Below are positions 22,446 through 34,889 of a DNA stretch of 64,000 nucleotides, piece after piece. The notes beneath the pieces are model-generated. The model was not told the DNA's origin. It did not search any database and worked only from the letters and a program-made list of their open reading frames with translations. This stretch comes from Macrostomum lignano (taxonomy: Eukaryota): contig NIVC01000019.1 in NCBI GenBank assembly GCA_002269645.1, forward strand, positions 496,001-560,000. The letters run 5' to 3'. How positions within the stretch are numbered: position 1 is the first letter of the stretch; the number at the start of each line of letters is the position of its first letter. The position numbers were made by a program, and so were the translations under genes.

Positions 22446-23275
22446 GCTTTCGTTTGTCATGCAAGGTTTCTGTAATTCGTGCCAAACTTCGCTTACTACG
22501 AGTAAAAATGGAAAATAACCGAAGCTAACTTCAATCGTACATGTAAATAACTTAAATATTTTTAGTAGCTTCAAATTTTTTAGGTTATGATGAAAAATCA
22601 CTCTCGGGTGTTTATAGTACTCTGGCAATCTGTTGAATGTGCCGACGGCGTCGCTGTGATGAAGGAATGCTTGGGAGACCAGCTGAGAATGTCCAACAAT
22701 TGACGTGGGCCCACTGTCGAGGTTGGATCAGTGAAACTGGAGCAATTCGCAACAGGGTGTCCATAGTCACCCTGTGTCACCTGTTGAAAGTCCAGAAGTT
22801 CCGTTTGGGTGAAGGCCAGTGATCAATGAAGTCAGAGCTGATGCAGACACAAGTGATCGACGTGCTGATGAACTTGGAGGCTTGGCGACGTGCTGATTGG
22901 CGCACAGGGGTGCATTGAATGCACAAGTGCTTATGGGAACAATCCGACCTTCTGGCAGAATTGTTGAATACCTCGACGGTCCCGGAGGGCTGCAGACTTG
23001 ATTCTTGTTTGAGAAAGTGCGCAACAAAAAGTTAGCCTACGTTCTTGAATTTCGTGCGACTGCGTTGCTTTGTTCTGGCGCAGCAAAAATGTCAGGGTGG
23101 TAGTTCTACGGGCGGAAAAATGACTTGGCATTCCTACCCTTTCGAGTAATGGGTCATGAATTTGTTAAACAGATTTCAGTCAGACACTTGTCCCTAAACC
23201 TACTGATCATGAATGTAACATAGCGGTCCCATAAAGTTTGTTGCATGAACTTTTTCATCAATAAATCATAAAGTC

Positions 23276-23572
23276 GTGCTAAAATCACTCAAACTATTCA
23301 GCGAATTCCTCTTACTGCACCTGTACGTGATGGACGAGATGCACATAATGGAGTCCGATTCGCACCGCGACCAGTATCTGAATCTGATGCGACGCCGAAG
23401 CAAGTCCAAGAGCGGCTGGACCCGGCCAGTTATGGACAAGACGTTCCTCGACCGAGGCGGCTCCCTTCGAGCAGCGATGAGCTCGCGAAGGCGGCGTAAA
23501 ATGCTGGTTGATGTGCGTCTGACTGATATGTGTCGGGACCTGGCGGGACCTGTGGCGATTGTCAATTTGTAG
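23276..23572 (+). CDS. Possible exon / small ORF of unknown function
   Basis: Coding-like GC3 bias and an acceptor-like CTATTCAG near its start; no recognisable domain. Confidence 0.3.
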   Translation: MLKSLKLFSEFLLLHLYVMDEMHIMESDSHRDQYLNLMRRRSKSKSGWTRPVMDKTFLDRGGSLRAAMSSRRRRKMLVDVRLTDMCRDLAGPVAIVNL

Positions 23573-26059
23573 GCAGCAGGAGGCTCATGAACACTGTCGA
23601 AAATCAATGCAAAACAGCGAGTACATGTAGGAGGAAAGCCGATATGATCATTCCTCTGTCCCCTGCACATGTACTCGCAGGGTGTGTCAGTTTCTAATGT
23701 CATGGTTCTTATCGTCAAGCCCCAGTCCAGTTTTCGTGCACAAACCCCTGATTAATCGAGCCCAAGGACTTTGGCGCCCCAGATTTAGGCGAGGTAGCGT
23801 AGAGCCAACATAAAATTAGTCCTGTCCGTCCGTATCCTAACAAAAGGGTCATGTTCCATGTTGTATTTTCTATCTTTGGTCTTTCGAAAATATAGTTGTG
23901 CTAGGATTTATATTTGGGTTAATACTAAGGTTTAATTTGTTGAGACTCAGCTTAGATACCATGCAGGACTAAAGTGCTTCGGACCAGAGATATCTGGATC
24001 GGAAGGGAACCTGAGGTCCCTGTTCAGACAGTGCGAGATATTTCTATTGAATATGCAGCTTGTTCCTTTGGTACACAGAAGAAAGATACCGGTGCCAGCG
24101 TCATGACATGACAACGTCATATTTCTTCGTTTTAGGAACCTCGTGCTGAGACTCAACAGTCACCGGATTCTCACCAGGAGCAGAAGCAACAGCCTCAGAA
24201 AGAGGAAAAGCCGGAGTCAGAAATGCACGAGTCGAAACCGAGTCAGGGTGCTGGCCAAGCAAAAATTCGAGGCAATGACGGTACAATCCACTTCCCCAAA
24301 CCGTCGACTGGATCGAAGTCTTGGCGGCGGCGTGGTCGCGGCGCTACTAGTTTAGATGAATCAACGAATGGCACTGCGGAGCAGCTTCGCTGGCATCGCT
24401 GGCACCGGTCAGCAAATTATCGACCCGCCAGCAGCTGGCGCGGCTGGAGCGCTAGTGGTACCACAACTCGCATCAGAGAGGTGGACCGTCACTGGCGGCT
24501 TGGATGCATCGGCTGCCGACCTGGAATGGTGGTGTCCAAGCGGCTGCCTCGTCTGGGCCAGGTCTCGAGATCTAAGCAACATAGACGAAGAAGGCGCCTC
24601 TGCAAGTGGATAACGGTGAAACGCACCGTTCTTGTTCGGCGAATTCTATAAAAGTCGTGCGCAGGCGAGCGCCGAGCGCCATATACATGTAATGCATTTC
24701 TTTGCTCTTCACTATTGCTCTTACTTTCATTGGTTTTTATTTTAACTAAAATGGACTTTTTGCTTTCTTATTTTCGAATTTTTTTTTAAATAATCACTTT
24801 CCTTTACTTAAAATCGATATAATTTCATTGCAATCGGCAATTGAGCAATTTCATTTAAAATCAATCTGTATACTGAGGCGGAAGGCCTTTTTTCAATAGA
24901 TGGAATGGCAGCGAAGAGTTTGTGCTGCTCTGCGTGTGTATTTATATAATTACAGACAGCGCGAGATTGAGGGGCCTAGGGAGGTGCGAGAAGGTGGCGT
25001 GGCGTGATAGGCTACGCCAACCTCTCCGGCTTAGCGAGCCGGCTAGCTTGGTGCGCACCCAGGCCACCCCACCTCAGCTAGACAGAGGTTAGGGGGGCCG
25101 TTTCCAGTGCGGCTGCAGTACAGTCTGGCCGCCACAATACCTGATTTTTGCAGTACAAGTAGTCGGGAGATTTTTTAAAGCTACTTCTGGACACTTTCAA
25201 GATTAGAATTTGCTAAGCTCTATTTCTAAAAGTTCAACTGCAGACGTTACATGTCGCCTACACTTTACTATGCAATATAACGATCGATTCGAACGAAATC
25301 TTCCAAAGTCAATACCACTTTCTTAGTACGAGCTACAATCTTGAAGATCTAAAAAAACTTAATTAAAGCTTTGAATTTAGTCTATTGCGTCATAATCTGA
25401 TCATGTTTTAAAACCCATACATCTATACAAATTTAATTCAACCAACGCTTGTTCTGCTTGTATAAAGGTAGCGGATTACTCTGCAAGTGAGTGTTAACAA
25501 GTTTTAGTCAATAAATACCCACTTTTTAATACATATTTTTAATCACACTAATTTATTTGTTCAAAAACTTATTTAAAATACTTTTAGAAAATGCAATTGA
25601 CACAGAATCTCACAAAGCTTGTGGGAGTCGGAGAAAAATCGCACATTTTTAAATGAACCCTCAAAACGTACAGACTTGAATTATGACCGATTTTTCAGTT
25701 CCAGTTCCCGATAAGATAAAAATAACAATAAGATCGATTTAGCAGAAAACACTTGAATGTAAAACGATTTTTTAGTCGAAACTCAAATTTACCATCTGAA
25801 ATCTGTGTATATACCTAAGGTATAAAAAATCAGCTTCACAGACCTTACTGTTGCTTCAGTGCAGGTCTCCAATCTTGCATAGCGTGATGTTGAAACGTCA
25901 GAAAGTGTACGATTTCGTAACTAAGGAGTCGTAACTTTGAATTTGTAAAATAACCAGCTTATACTCGTAGGTAATTATAAAAACACAGCAACAAAAAATA
26001 CGCATTCGCCCCAGTAGTCAGTGGAGGGAGCGTCAGATGACATGTCGAAGCGCCAGCAG

Positions 26060-27490
26060 GCGAATAATCAATTGTCCGGCCCATTGATCGACAGTGTCGG
26101 GCGCCCCAACGTTGCTCAGGATGCAGTCCACGTATCTCTGTGTCCTCGGTCGCTTGAGCCCGCCTGAACTGTTCTAGCAAAGTGAGCGGCAGGATGTCCT
26201 GGACAGGCTAGGGCAATAGCCCGGATCACGTAGCGCCTGTCAGTTGGAGTCGCCATCTCGCTGCAGGATGGTACATCCTTGAACAGGACGCTTTTGTCAG
26301 CCTGAACGCATGGAGCAGCCCCCGCGGGCCGAGTGATCAAATTGTTTAGCTGTTGCTCCAGCGTGACCGTTAACATCGGGACGCTAGAATTCGCGCGACT
26401 GGATTTCGCGCGATCTGGCATTCGAGCGACTGCATTTGCGCGACTGGAAATCGCACGACCTGGAATTGAAGCGCACGACTTCTTTCTAGCGACTGGATTT
26501 CACACGACTGGATTTAAATCCAGTCGATCGAAATCCGGTTGCGCGAAATTCAGTCGCGCGAAATCCAGTCGCACGAACTTCTACGTCGCGCGAAATCTAT
26601 ACTAGTCGCTTGAAGTAAGTCGAGAGAAATGATGCAGTCGAATTCAATTTAAAGTCGCCTAAAATCATTTTATTTTCATTTTAATCATTCGTGCAAAATT
26701 CTGGTGCGCAGAAGACAATTAGCGCAAAATCCAGTCGCACGAAATTCTACGTCGCGCGAAATCTAGTCGCTTGAAGTAAGTCGCGAGAAATGATGCAATC
26801 GAATTCAATTTCAAGTCGCCTAAAATCATCCGATTCGTGCAAAATCCTGGTGCGCAGAAGACAATTAGCGCAAAATCCAGTAGCCGAATTCTAGCGTCCC
26901 TTGAACATCCACGTCTCTGCAGCGTTGTCGAGCAACACGGTCTCAACAGCCGAGCCCTCTGACGATCGGGCAGCGCTTTGGACTGAAGGATGGCGCGAAT
27001 CGACCGGTAGGCCGTCCAGGCAAGTCCTCTCGATCTAGATCTGCGTCGCCGAATTTCGTCCTCAACGTTGGGCATCAGACCGTCGAGGTGAACCGCTGAC
27101 AGCGCGCGAGGTTGGTCGTCTGCCCGTCTGCGCCGCAACATTACGCTGTGGTGACGGCAGACGGCTTGTCTGATCTGTCTGAAACTTCGTTTAGGAGTGC
27201 TACACAGAGCGACACATTCTAGCACCGTTCCTCTTCGTGCTGCTCCTGGCATGGATTGTGCAGCTTTGGAACGGACCCCCTTCAGCAGGCGACGGCTTCC
27301 TGCTGCGCAGACACATCGGTCGCCGCCACAACGAGAAGCGCCTGAGCGGTTCTGGGCTACGCCGACGACCTCACACTCCTGTCCTCAACTGTTGATGGCG
27401 CACAGCGCTAGATTAAGGTTGGTCGAGGTGGCATCAAAGCGTCGGCCTATTTGTCGACACGCTGAAATGATGTGTTCCTTATTACCCGAC
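26060..27490 (-). mobile_element. Decayed RTE-clade LINE with inverted 5' segment, interrupted by a TIR element
   Basis: Plus strand 27180-27490: GVL..DT.APFLFVLLL and VLGYADDLTLLSSTVDGAQR. Minus strand 27170-26901: RRRR..GLAWTAYRSIRAILQSKALPDRQRARL..AETWM. After the insertion it continues MLTVTLEQQL..RYVDCIL at 26377-26060. Confidence 0.8.
26378..26900. mobile_element. Mutator-like foldback MITE
   Basis: TIR GGGACGCTAGAATTCG..ACTGGATTT at both ends. Imperfect 9-bp TSD GTTAACATC/TTGAACATC. Internal repeated CGACTGGATTT motifs, central palindrome CGACTGGATTTAAATCCAGTCG and a ~160-bp direct duplication. Confidence 0.8.
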
Positions 27491-27599
27491 TTTTGGTAAT
27501 CAAAGAACACTCACTTCTAGCTCTTTTGCTAGGCAACCCAGTAATTCAAATGAAAGTATTCAATTACCTTGACTTCTTATGAGATATCTCTCCTTCTTT

Positions 27600-28123
27600 G
27601 AGTCCTTCGTAGATCTCGTGTAGATCTCGATCTGTAGTTCAGGCCTGAATTCGACTCGATTTGTAGTCCTGGTCCGAGTTTCTCTTTTCTTCTTTTGCCG
27701 GCCGGTATCTGTCGTTCGGACCAATAAGAAGCTTCCAAATTAACAATGGGTACCCTGCGCCAAACTGCGGTTTAATATAAGCCTACTCCTTCTAGCAGTG
27801 CCTCTATGCACTCTAGGTATAGCTCCGGAAACCACTGATAGTCTTCTAAGATCTATCAGGGGCAGTCCTTCTGGAGACTGCAACCAGTAGAGTCTAAACA
27901 GACTCAGGAGTCTCAACAGACTCTAACTAAACTCCAACGAGACGTCTCAAAACACAGGCGTAAATGAGTAAGGCTTACCGCAAGAACTCGACGAGTCTTC
28001 TGTAGGAAGTCCTGTAGTGGCTTCCTCTTCGGAGCTCTTCTCCTTCCGGAGGAATTGTGGCTCCGGGTCCGTTCCGGACCACTTGTATTTATAGGCGTTC
28101 AGACCTCTCTCGAGGTCGTACAT
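27600..28123 (-). pseudogene. Orphan gene/pseudogene; first exon 28123..27979 (MYDLERGLNAYKYKWSGTDPEPQF...)
   Basis: ATG-started open exon ending at donor G|GTAAGC; downstream coding-like but stop-containing segments. Confidence 0.35.
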
Positions 28124-28217
28124 CACTGTCTTCGCAAATGTCAAAGGGTCACGATTCGGTGGCTGTCAAGCATGACAGGGTAGAAAGTTGCGCAACTAGT
28201 CTACTGTAAAAGCGCAT

Positions 28218-28403
28218 GATTGGTTACGCATGATTGGTAGATTGGTAGACTTGGTTGGTAGACTTTGATTGGTTCATCCGGGTGCAACCCGAGTGCAAAC
28301 CAAATGATGACTTGAAGGTGGGGTTTGAATTGACAGTTGTTGGTCGCACGTGATTGGGTGATTTCTAAAATTAGCATGCTCGAGGTCTCTCTCTTCCTAT
28401 TGG
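28218..28403 (-). promoter_or_regulatory. Cluster of six CCAAT boxes plus E-box
   Basis: ATTGG at ~28219, 28233, 28241, 28268, 28353 and 28399; CACGTG at 28347. Confidence 0.55.
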
Positions 28404-30447
28404 TTAGTCCGAATATACTTATAGTTCAAAGCATACCTTTATTCATGCTCTTCAATTTACTACTAAATAAAATGTGTGAATAGTACATTAACACTTTTAT
28501 GTCTTCTTACGGGAGGTAGAACACTCTACAGAAAGACCGAGGCGCTGGCATGACCAGCGAGCCGATATCCCAGGCGGAGCTGACATCACCATACAGCGAT
28601 ATGATGGCGTCAACTACATGTAGCTGCTGGGGACTCGACAGGTTCGTAGGACAAAAGAAAGTGTTACTCTTAGCACTGAATCAAATGCCATAATAATTAA
28701 AAACCCTAAAAAATGCCGAGTAAAGGCCGAGACCTTTCACATAGTCGTGACTCGTGAGAAAGGTCTCGGCACCTCGGAGTTGTAACTCCTTTAATTTCCT
28801 ATTTTTCCGAGGTTCAGCTTGTACATTGTTTCATTTTACGAAATTGTACCTTCAAATGCATAATCACATGCAAGGGCCCGCGTCACCGCGCGGGACAGGG
28901 GCTGACATCGGGACAACTGTGCATGTCCCCCCTGGTCTGAGTGAAAGCTATGAAAAAGCGAACAAAATGAGTGTCTGTTTGGCAATAAAACTGAGTGTTA
29001 AAAACACCGATATAAAAAATAATGTAGGAATTTCGTCACTTAGAATTCTTGACTTTGTCCCCCACCATAAAATCCATAGCGACGCGCTCACGCCCCTGAT
29101 CACATGCAAGTTAAGAATTACATCTAATTGTGCAAAATATTTACATGTTTAATATTTGATCAATTAGATTTGTAAGGTCTGTAGAGAAATTACAATTAAT
29201 CAATTCAAGGTGCACTATTGGATTAAATTACGTATTGTCTGTATTAAGCTATTGATAGAATTTTTACGACAATTACATGCATTTTTCTGGAGAAGTAACA
29301 TCATAATCTTATAAATTACATGTATCCTATCTTATATTTTTATCTCAATATTTTTATTTCACATGTAATATTCAAAACCCATGTTTTATAAGGACCTTTA
29401 ACTTTTACAAATTTTTTAGCGTCAATTGAAACCATTATTTGAATTGCTATTAGTTAATTTATTAATTTACCACAATATTTTTGAGTTCAAAGTAATTGTA
29501 GTTAACTTAATTGTAGTTAACTACTGTCTTTATCAAGTGTAAAAAGAACGAAACATTTTTTATAATTGTCTACTAGTTTCTTTGTTTATTCATACTACAT
29601 ATTATTTTTTTTATGATATTTAGAAGAGTTCTTACTTCATATTGTTATCGTCACATTATCACATACAACGATAATGATAGATGGAGTTGACTCCGAGATC
29701 GAACCGTGGTTTTTTGAACAATTGCCTCTATAATAGTACTTGTTTCTACCAAAAAATTTAAATAAAATAAGAAAACGTTTGAATAATACTGTATTTTATT
29801 CATTTTTTAAAACACTAATGTCAACTTCATTCTTAAAGCAGTAAACATTTGTTTTAATATGCGTTGTAACATATTCCGTTACGGCGGGATTTTAAAGTAC
29901 GATTTGGGAACTGGAACTGAAAAACACCAATCATCTTGAATTACCATCAAAATCTCAAATCAGCCTTAAATGCTTAGTGACTCTAAATCAAAATCTGTCT
30001 CTTTTGGTTATTATAAGCATGATGCCATGATCCATATTATTATTATGGCCTAGGCCTAATTAGCATGCATAAAATACATGGCTTTTTAACATTAACACGA
30101 ATTATTTTTAGCAGAAAACCTGAAAGTAGGCTTGGCTTTGGTGCCTAGCTTAGGTATATTGGTGTTAAAACATGTCTGTTTGATTGGATTGGACCAACAT
30201 TAGTTAAAGGGGTAGACATAGACCTAGGGCCAGCCAGGGGGTCAAGCCAAAAGGGCCAAGAGCTGCATGGCATAGCAAAATACTAGGACTTATTTTATAA
30301 TTAGGGGCCTATATTTTAATGTTATTATGCCTATGACTATGTGATATTCCAAATAAAATTAAAAAAAAAATAAATGCTAGGCCCTACTAAATAGTCTATT
30401 TAGTTCACATAGTCTTCATCACAATATACTAACTAAAACCTAAAGAT

Positions 30448-30806
30448 TTTTTATTAGAGGCAGGAGGGTTGTGTGCACCCTGGTGCACTTTAAGCGACAT
30501 AGGCACACAACTGGCGAGAGGCATTACTGCCCATTCTGCCGACTCCCCTGAGCAGGCATACAAGCGCGCGGATACGTACGCAGGCACTCACTCACACAGG
30601 AGTGTACAGCGGCGCTAACTTTATATTATTGTTAGGCATGTACACTTCACTGCACCTTGGGGGGTTGGCTTTCAAGGCCATTAATTGCATGAGCAGAGCC
30701 AAGCTGAGATTTCAATTCAGCCCCAAATTAATATGACTGTACTTGGAATTAAGCCTGGGTCACTGGCACACCAGAGCTTGCATTAGACTGCTGGGCTACG
30801 GCCCCC
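30448..30806 (-). mobile_element. tRNA-derived SINE (same family as 38919-39278)
   Basis: Colinear homology with the intronic copy; GGGGGCCGTAGCCCAGC 5' head, A-rich 3' end, flanking direct repeat CCTAAAGAT. Confidence 0.8.
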
Positions 30807-31389
30807 AAATCCTAAAGATAACCTATGCACAAAATTCTAGCACTATCAGGCTCTCCTATCAGCATATATAATAAAATTTGGCCCGTTTTGGATAAGGCTC
30901 TGCCTCTAGAATATGATATAGATTAACATATATAAATCCCAAGGTAATGAAATGTACCTGGCATACAAATTGACATACAAAAAACAATTAAAAAATTTAT
31001 ATGTATTTATATAGGGCGCATGACCAAGATGGCCACACACCAAGATGGCCACAGCTCTGAATGGCTGCTTGGATAGGAATAGGTCTATATATTTCCTCAT
31101 TTCCTATTGGCTGTGATTGGGGTTGGGTATGATGTAGCTTCAAGTCTCAGAGAAGATAGATTTCGTTAGTGAAATTAGACTAAGTAAAACAAAAAACACT
31201 TCCCTTTACAGCAGGTATTACTACCTACTAAAGCTAGTAGCACTACTAGAACAAGACATTTGATTTTTGTATCATGGATAATAGTTTTAAACGTATCTCA
31301 ATATACTAAAACTGACGTGTTGTTTGTATATGTTAAAAGTTAAAGGTAGAGGGTAAAGGTATTAGTTATGATAGAAGTAAGCAAAAATT

Positions 31390-32139
31390 GGAGTGCCTCT
31401 TGTCTCTCATCTTTTCTCTCATCTCTGCACTCTTGTCTCTTTTCTTTTCTCTGTCATTTCTGCCCTCTCGTCTCTAATCTTTTCTCTCTCTCTCTCATCT
31501 CTGCCCTCTCCTCTCTCATCTCTTGCCCTCTCCTCTCTTATCTATTCTCTCTCATGTCTGCCCTCTTCTCTCTTTTCTCTCTCATCTCTGCCCTCTCCTG
31601 TATCATCTTTCTCTCTCTCATCTCTGCCCTCTCCTCTCATCTCTTGCCCTCTCTCTCATCTATTCTCTCTTTCATGTCTGCCCTCTTCTCTCATCTTTTC
31701 TCTCTCATGTCTGCCCTCTCTTCTCATCGTTTCTCTCTCTCATCTCTGCTTTCTCCTCTCTCATCTCTGCCCTCACCTCTCTCCTCTCCTTTCTCCTCAT
31801 GTCTATCCTCTCCTCTCTTCTCACCTCTTTGCTATCATCTCCCTTTTCCTCTTCATTCTCTTCTCCCTTCCCTCCTTTCTCCTCTCCATTAATCTCCCTT
31901 CTCCTCTCTCTCCGCTCATATATAATCTCTCCTCTCATCAACTCTCTTCTCCTTTATTCCTTTGCCTCTCCTTTATCCTATGCTTGTATTTCTCTTCTCT
32001 ATTCCTTATCCTCTCTCCTCACCTCTGGCCCGCTCTGTCATCAGGACTCCTCGCTTCGCTTTGGGGGCCAACAAAGCGGACTAGAAGGGCAGTCATGAGC
32101 TGGATTCTCAATCGAGGTAAAAGTTTGCCAACCCCTGCA
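31390..32139 (+). mobile_element. CT-rich simple repeat ending in a hAT(Charlie)-like terminus
   Basis: AAAAGTTTGCCAACCCCTG at ~32121-32139 is the reverse complement of CAGGGGTTGGCAAACTTTT; preceded by ~600 nt of CT-rich repeat. Confidence 0.5.
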
Positions 32140-32214
32140 CTAAAAGCACCTAGCTTAGTCACATTAGATAAAAACTACATGTATAGTGGAATGGGATTGA
32201 GAACAACGTGAACT

Positions 32215-32490
32215 AGCCTCTCTACTCTGAACCTCTCTACTCTCAGCCTCTATCTACTCTCAACCTCTATTCTCAGCCTTTCCACTGTCAGCCTCTCTAC
32301 TCTCAGCCTCTATCTACTCTCAACCTCTCTATTCTCAGCCTCTCCACTGTCAGCCTCTCTACTCTCAGCCTCTATCCACTCTCAACCTCTATCCCCAGCC
32401 CTCTCTACTCTCAGCCCCTCTCTGCTCTCAGCCCCTCTCTGCTCTCAGCCCCTCTCTGCTCTTAGCCTCTCTCTACTCTTAGCCTCTACT
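32215..32490. repeat. ~17-bp CTCTCAGCCTCTCTACT-type minisatellite
   Basis: Direct reading. Confidence 0.8.
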
Positions 32491-32853
32491 TTCATTTTCT
32501 CTCTCAGCTCAGCTTATATCTAGTTCTAAAATCTGAAGTCATACTCAAACAAAAACTTGTCTTTTGAAAACATGTATCAGCAAAATCTCTGGCCTCCTGT
32601 CTCTCTCTATGTCCCTCGGATCCTTTGAAACTCTATCTTCTCTTTTGTTTCCTCTCTCTCTCTCTCTTCTCTCTCTCTCTTCTTTTCTCTTCTTTTCTAT
32701 CTCCTCTCTCCCATCTTCTCTCATCGATCTTCCCTCACCTTTCTTCTCTTTCATCTTTGCTCTCTCTTCTCATTTATCTCTGGTCTCCACTCTCTCCCCT
32801 TAGGAAAGAAGGAAACATAGAAAAGATAGATAGCAAACATAGGAAAGAAGCCT

Positions 32854-33290
32854 ATGTTTGAAAAAGTGCCCGACTTGTACCAGCTGAGGCCAGCCAGAAG
32901 GCAACGCGGGAGAGATATTGTTGTAGAGTATCCAATCAAGAATGTGCCCACCCACCTTCTGGTGGATGGGGGCAGTGCGCTGTCTTTGCTAAGAGCCAAA
33001 GACTATTCTAAAAAATCACTGGAAGGAGCATGGAGGCCTTGGAGCCCCATGTGTGAAGGCCGTGTCATGTCATTAAAGATTATAGGACTGAGAAATTATA
33101 GGACTGACTGACGACACACTGATCAAACGATGGTCGACAGGTTGGAAACGCAAGGAAATAATATGGAACAAATACGAGAAATGATTATAACCAAGTGAGG
33201 GATTACAAAAATCCAAACACTGGGAAGAAAATTGACAACATTTGGGCTAGGCTCAAGGCCAACAAAAGGGGTGAGGTCATATCTCGGTCA
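32854..33290 (+). mobile_element. LTR-retrotransposon (Gypsy-like) remnant: aspartic protease fragment
   Basis: THLLVDGGSALSLL resembles the retropepsin LVDTGS motif; a downstream AQGQQK-like segment resembles the post-integrase region. Confidence 0.45.
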
Positions 33291-34469
33291 ATCAGACCTC
33301 GGTTGGGCATGCAAGAAAAATTAAAAAATTAAAAAAAATATTTAATAGGAAAGTTAAAAAAATTAACCGTGGCAACCCCACTGCCATAGCTAATTAACTT
33401 TACAAAAAACATAGAATGTTATTACAATTTCTATAAGTACAATTAGCTCATAAAATCATTTGTTATTGATTTAGTATTTCTAGTTTATTTCTGGTTTAAT
33501 GTAGTTAATAATTATTAAATCTCTATTGCAATCATATTCTACTTTAAGATCCTAGGATTGAGAAAAATTCTTTAAGTTCCTAGGATTATAGATACTTGAT
33601 TTACTAGGATTGATAATTCTGGGATTATCCTTAGCCAAGATATCCCAATCCTGATAACCCCCATAGTGTGGAAGGATGTCCATATAGGACAGAATGTAAA
33701 TTAAAATTCTGGCTTGTTGTACAACATATGACAGGGATTCAAAAATGGTATTACTGGTGTACAATAGGGTACAATAGGAATAAATGTGAACATAATTATA
33801 AATAATTTAAATATATTCTAATTTTCTAGGAAATGCAAAGTAAAACAACAATTATGTTGTTATTTACTGACTGCACACAATGCACATAAGTTAGAATAGC
33901 AAAACAAAAATAAAAGTTTTCTTATGCATGAATTTTGTTTTTGATTCTTTTTTCATTGACAATAGTGCCATGGTGAATGAGTTTTAAATATGGAAATGAC
34001 TTACAAACTATGGTTAATGAAAAAAAATACTTTGCGATGTGTGACTTGTGTATGACTGTACGATAGTGTACGATACAGCACCCCAAAAAAGAGTGATATG
34101 CGATATGTATGACAGGTTATCCTTGTGTATGACAGAAATTTCCATCATATGCCTGCCTGTCCTTCTGCACTATGGGATAACCCCAGGATTGAGAAAAGAC
34201 CAGGATTTTGTAATCACAAATACTTGCTAATATAAAAATATTATTTATTATGTTAAGAAATTAGCAATTTGTAATTTAATAATTTGTTTATCTTGATCTC
34301 TTATAACTTTTTGTTATAGTATACATTTCTAGCTAAAAGTTTTTTTTGCATATACTAGTATATAGTTTTGTTCAAGCCACTTATTCTAGTATATACAAGT
34401 ATATATGGTATCTTTAGAATCAAATTTTTTAATTTATCTTATATATATATTTCTAATTTATATTGATCA

Positions 34470-34800
34470 AATGTCCAATTTGAGCAATTCCCATTGATCC
34501 CATGTCCAATCTAAGCAATCCCCATTCTATTGATCCTATGTCTAATCTGAGCAATCCTATGTCCAATCTCAGCAATCCCAATTGATCCTATGTCCAATCT
34601 CAGCTATTCCCATCAATCCCATGTCCAATCTCAGCTATTCCCATCGATCCCATGTCTAATCTCAGCTATTCCCATCGATCCCATGTCCAATCTCAGCTAT
34701 TCCCATCGATCCCATGTCTAATCGCACCAATCCCATGTCCAATCTGAGAAATTCCCATCGATCCCATGTCCAATTTCAGCAATTCCCATTGACTCCATGT
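34470..34800. repeat. 31-bp minisatellite (CCCATGTCCAATCTCAGCTATTCCCATCGAT)n
   Basis: Direct reading. Confidence 0.85.
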
Positions 34801-34889
34801 ATTTTTTTTCATTTCCAGCTCCAACCCAGCCAGCCATTTTCCCGGCAAAACCCAGCATCTCGTAGAATCTCCCAAGCCACCAAATCCCC

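Noticed and set aside
23266-23718. 150-aa minus-strand ORF
   Set aside because: Likely the antisense shadow of the plus-strand GC3-rich frame 23276-23572; no independent support.
25691-29924. Shared 19-mer GGGAACTGGAACTGAAAAA, inverted at 25691-25709 and 29906-29924
   Set aside because: Probably two fragments of an old transposase; too short and degraded to assign.
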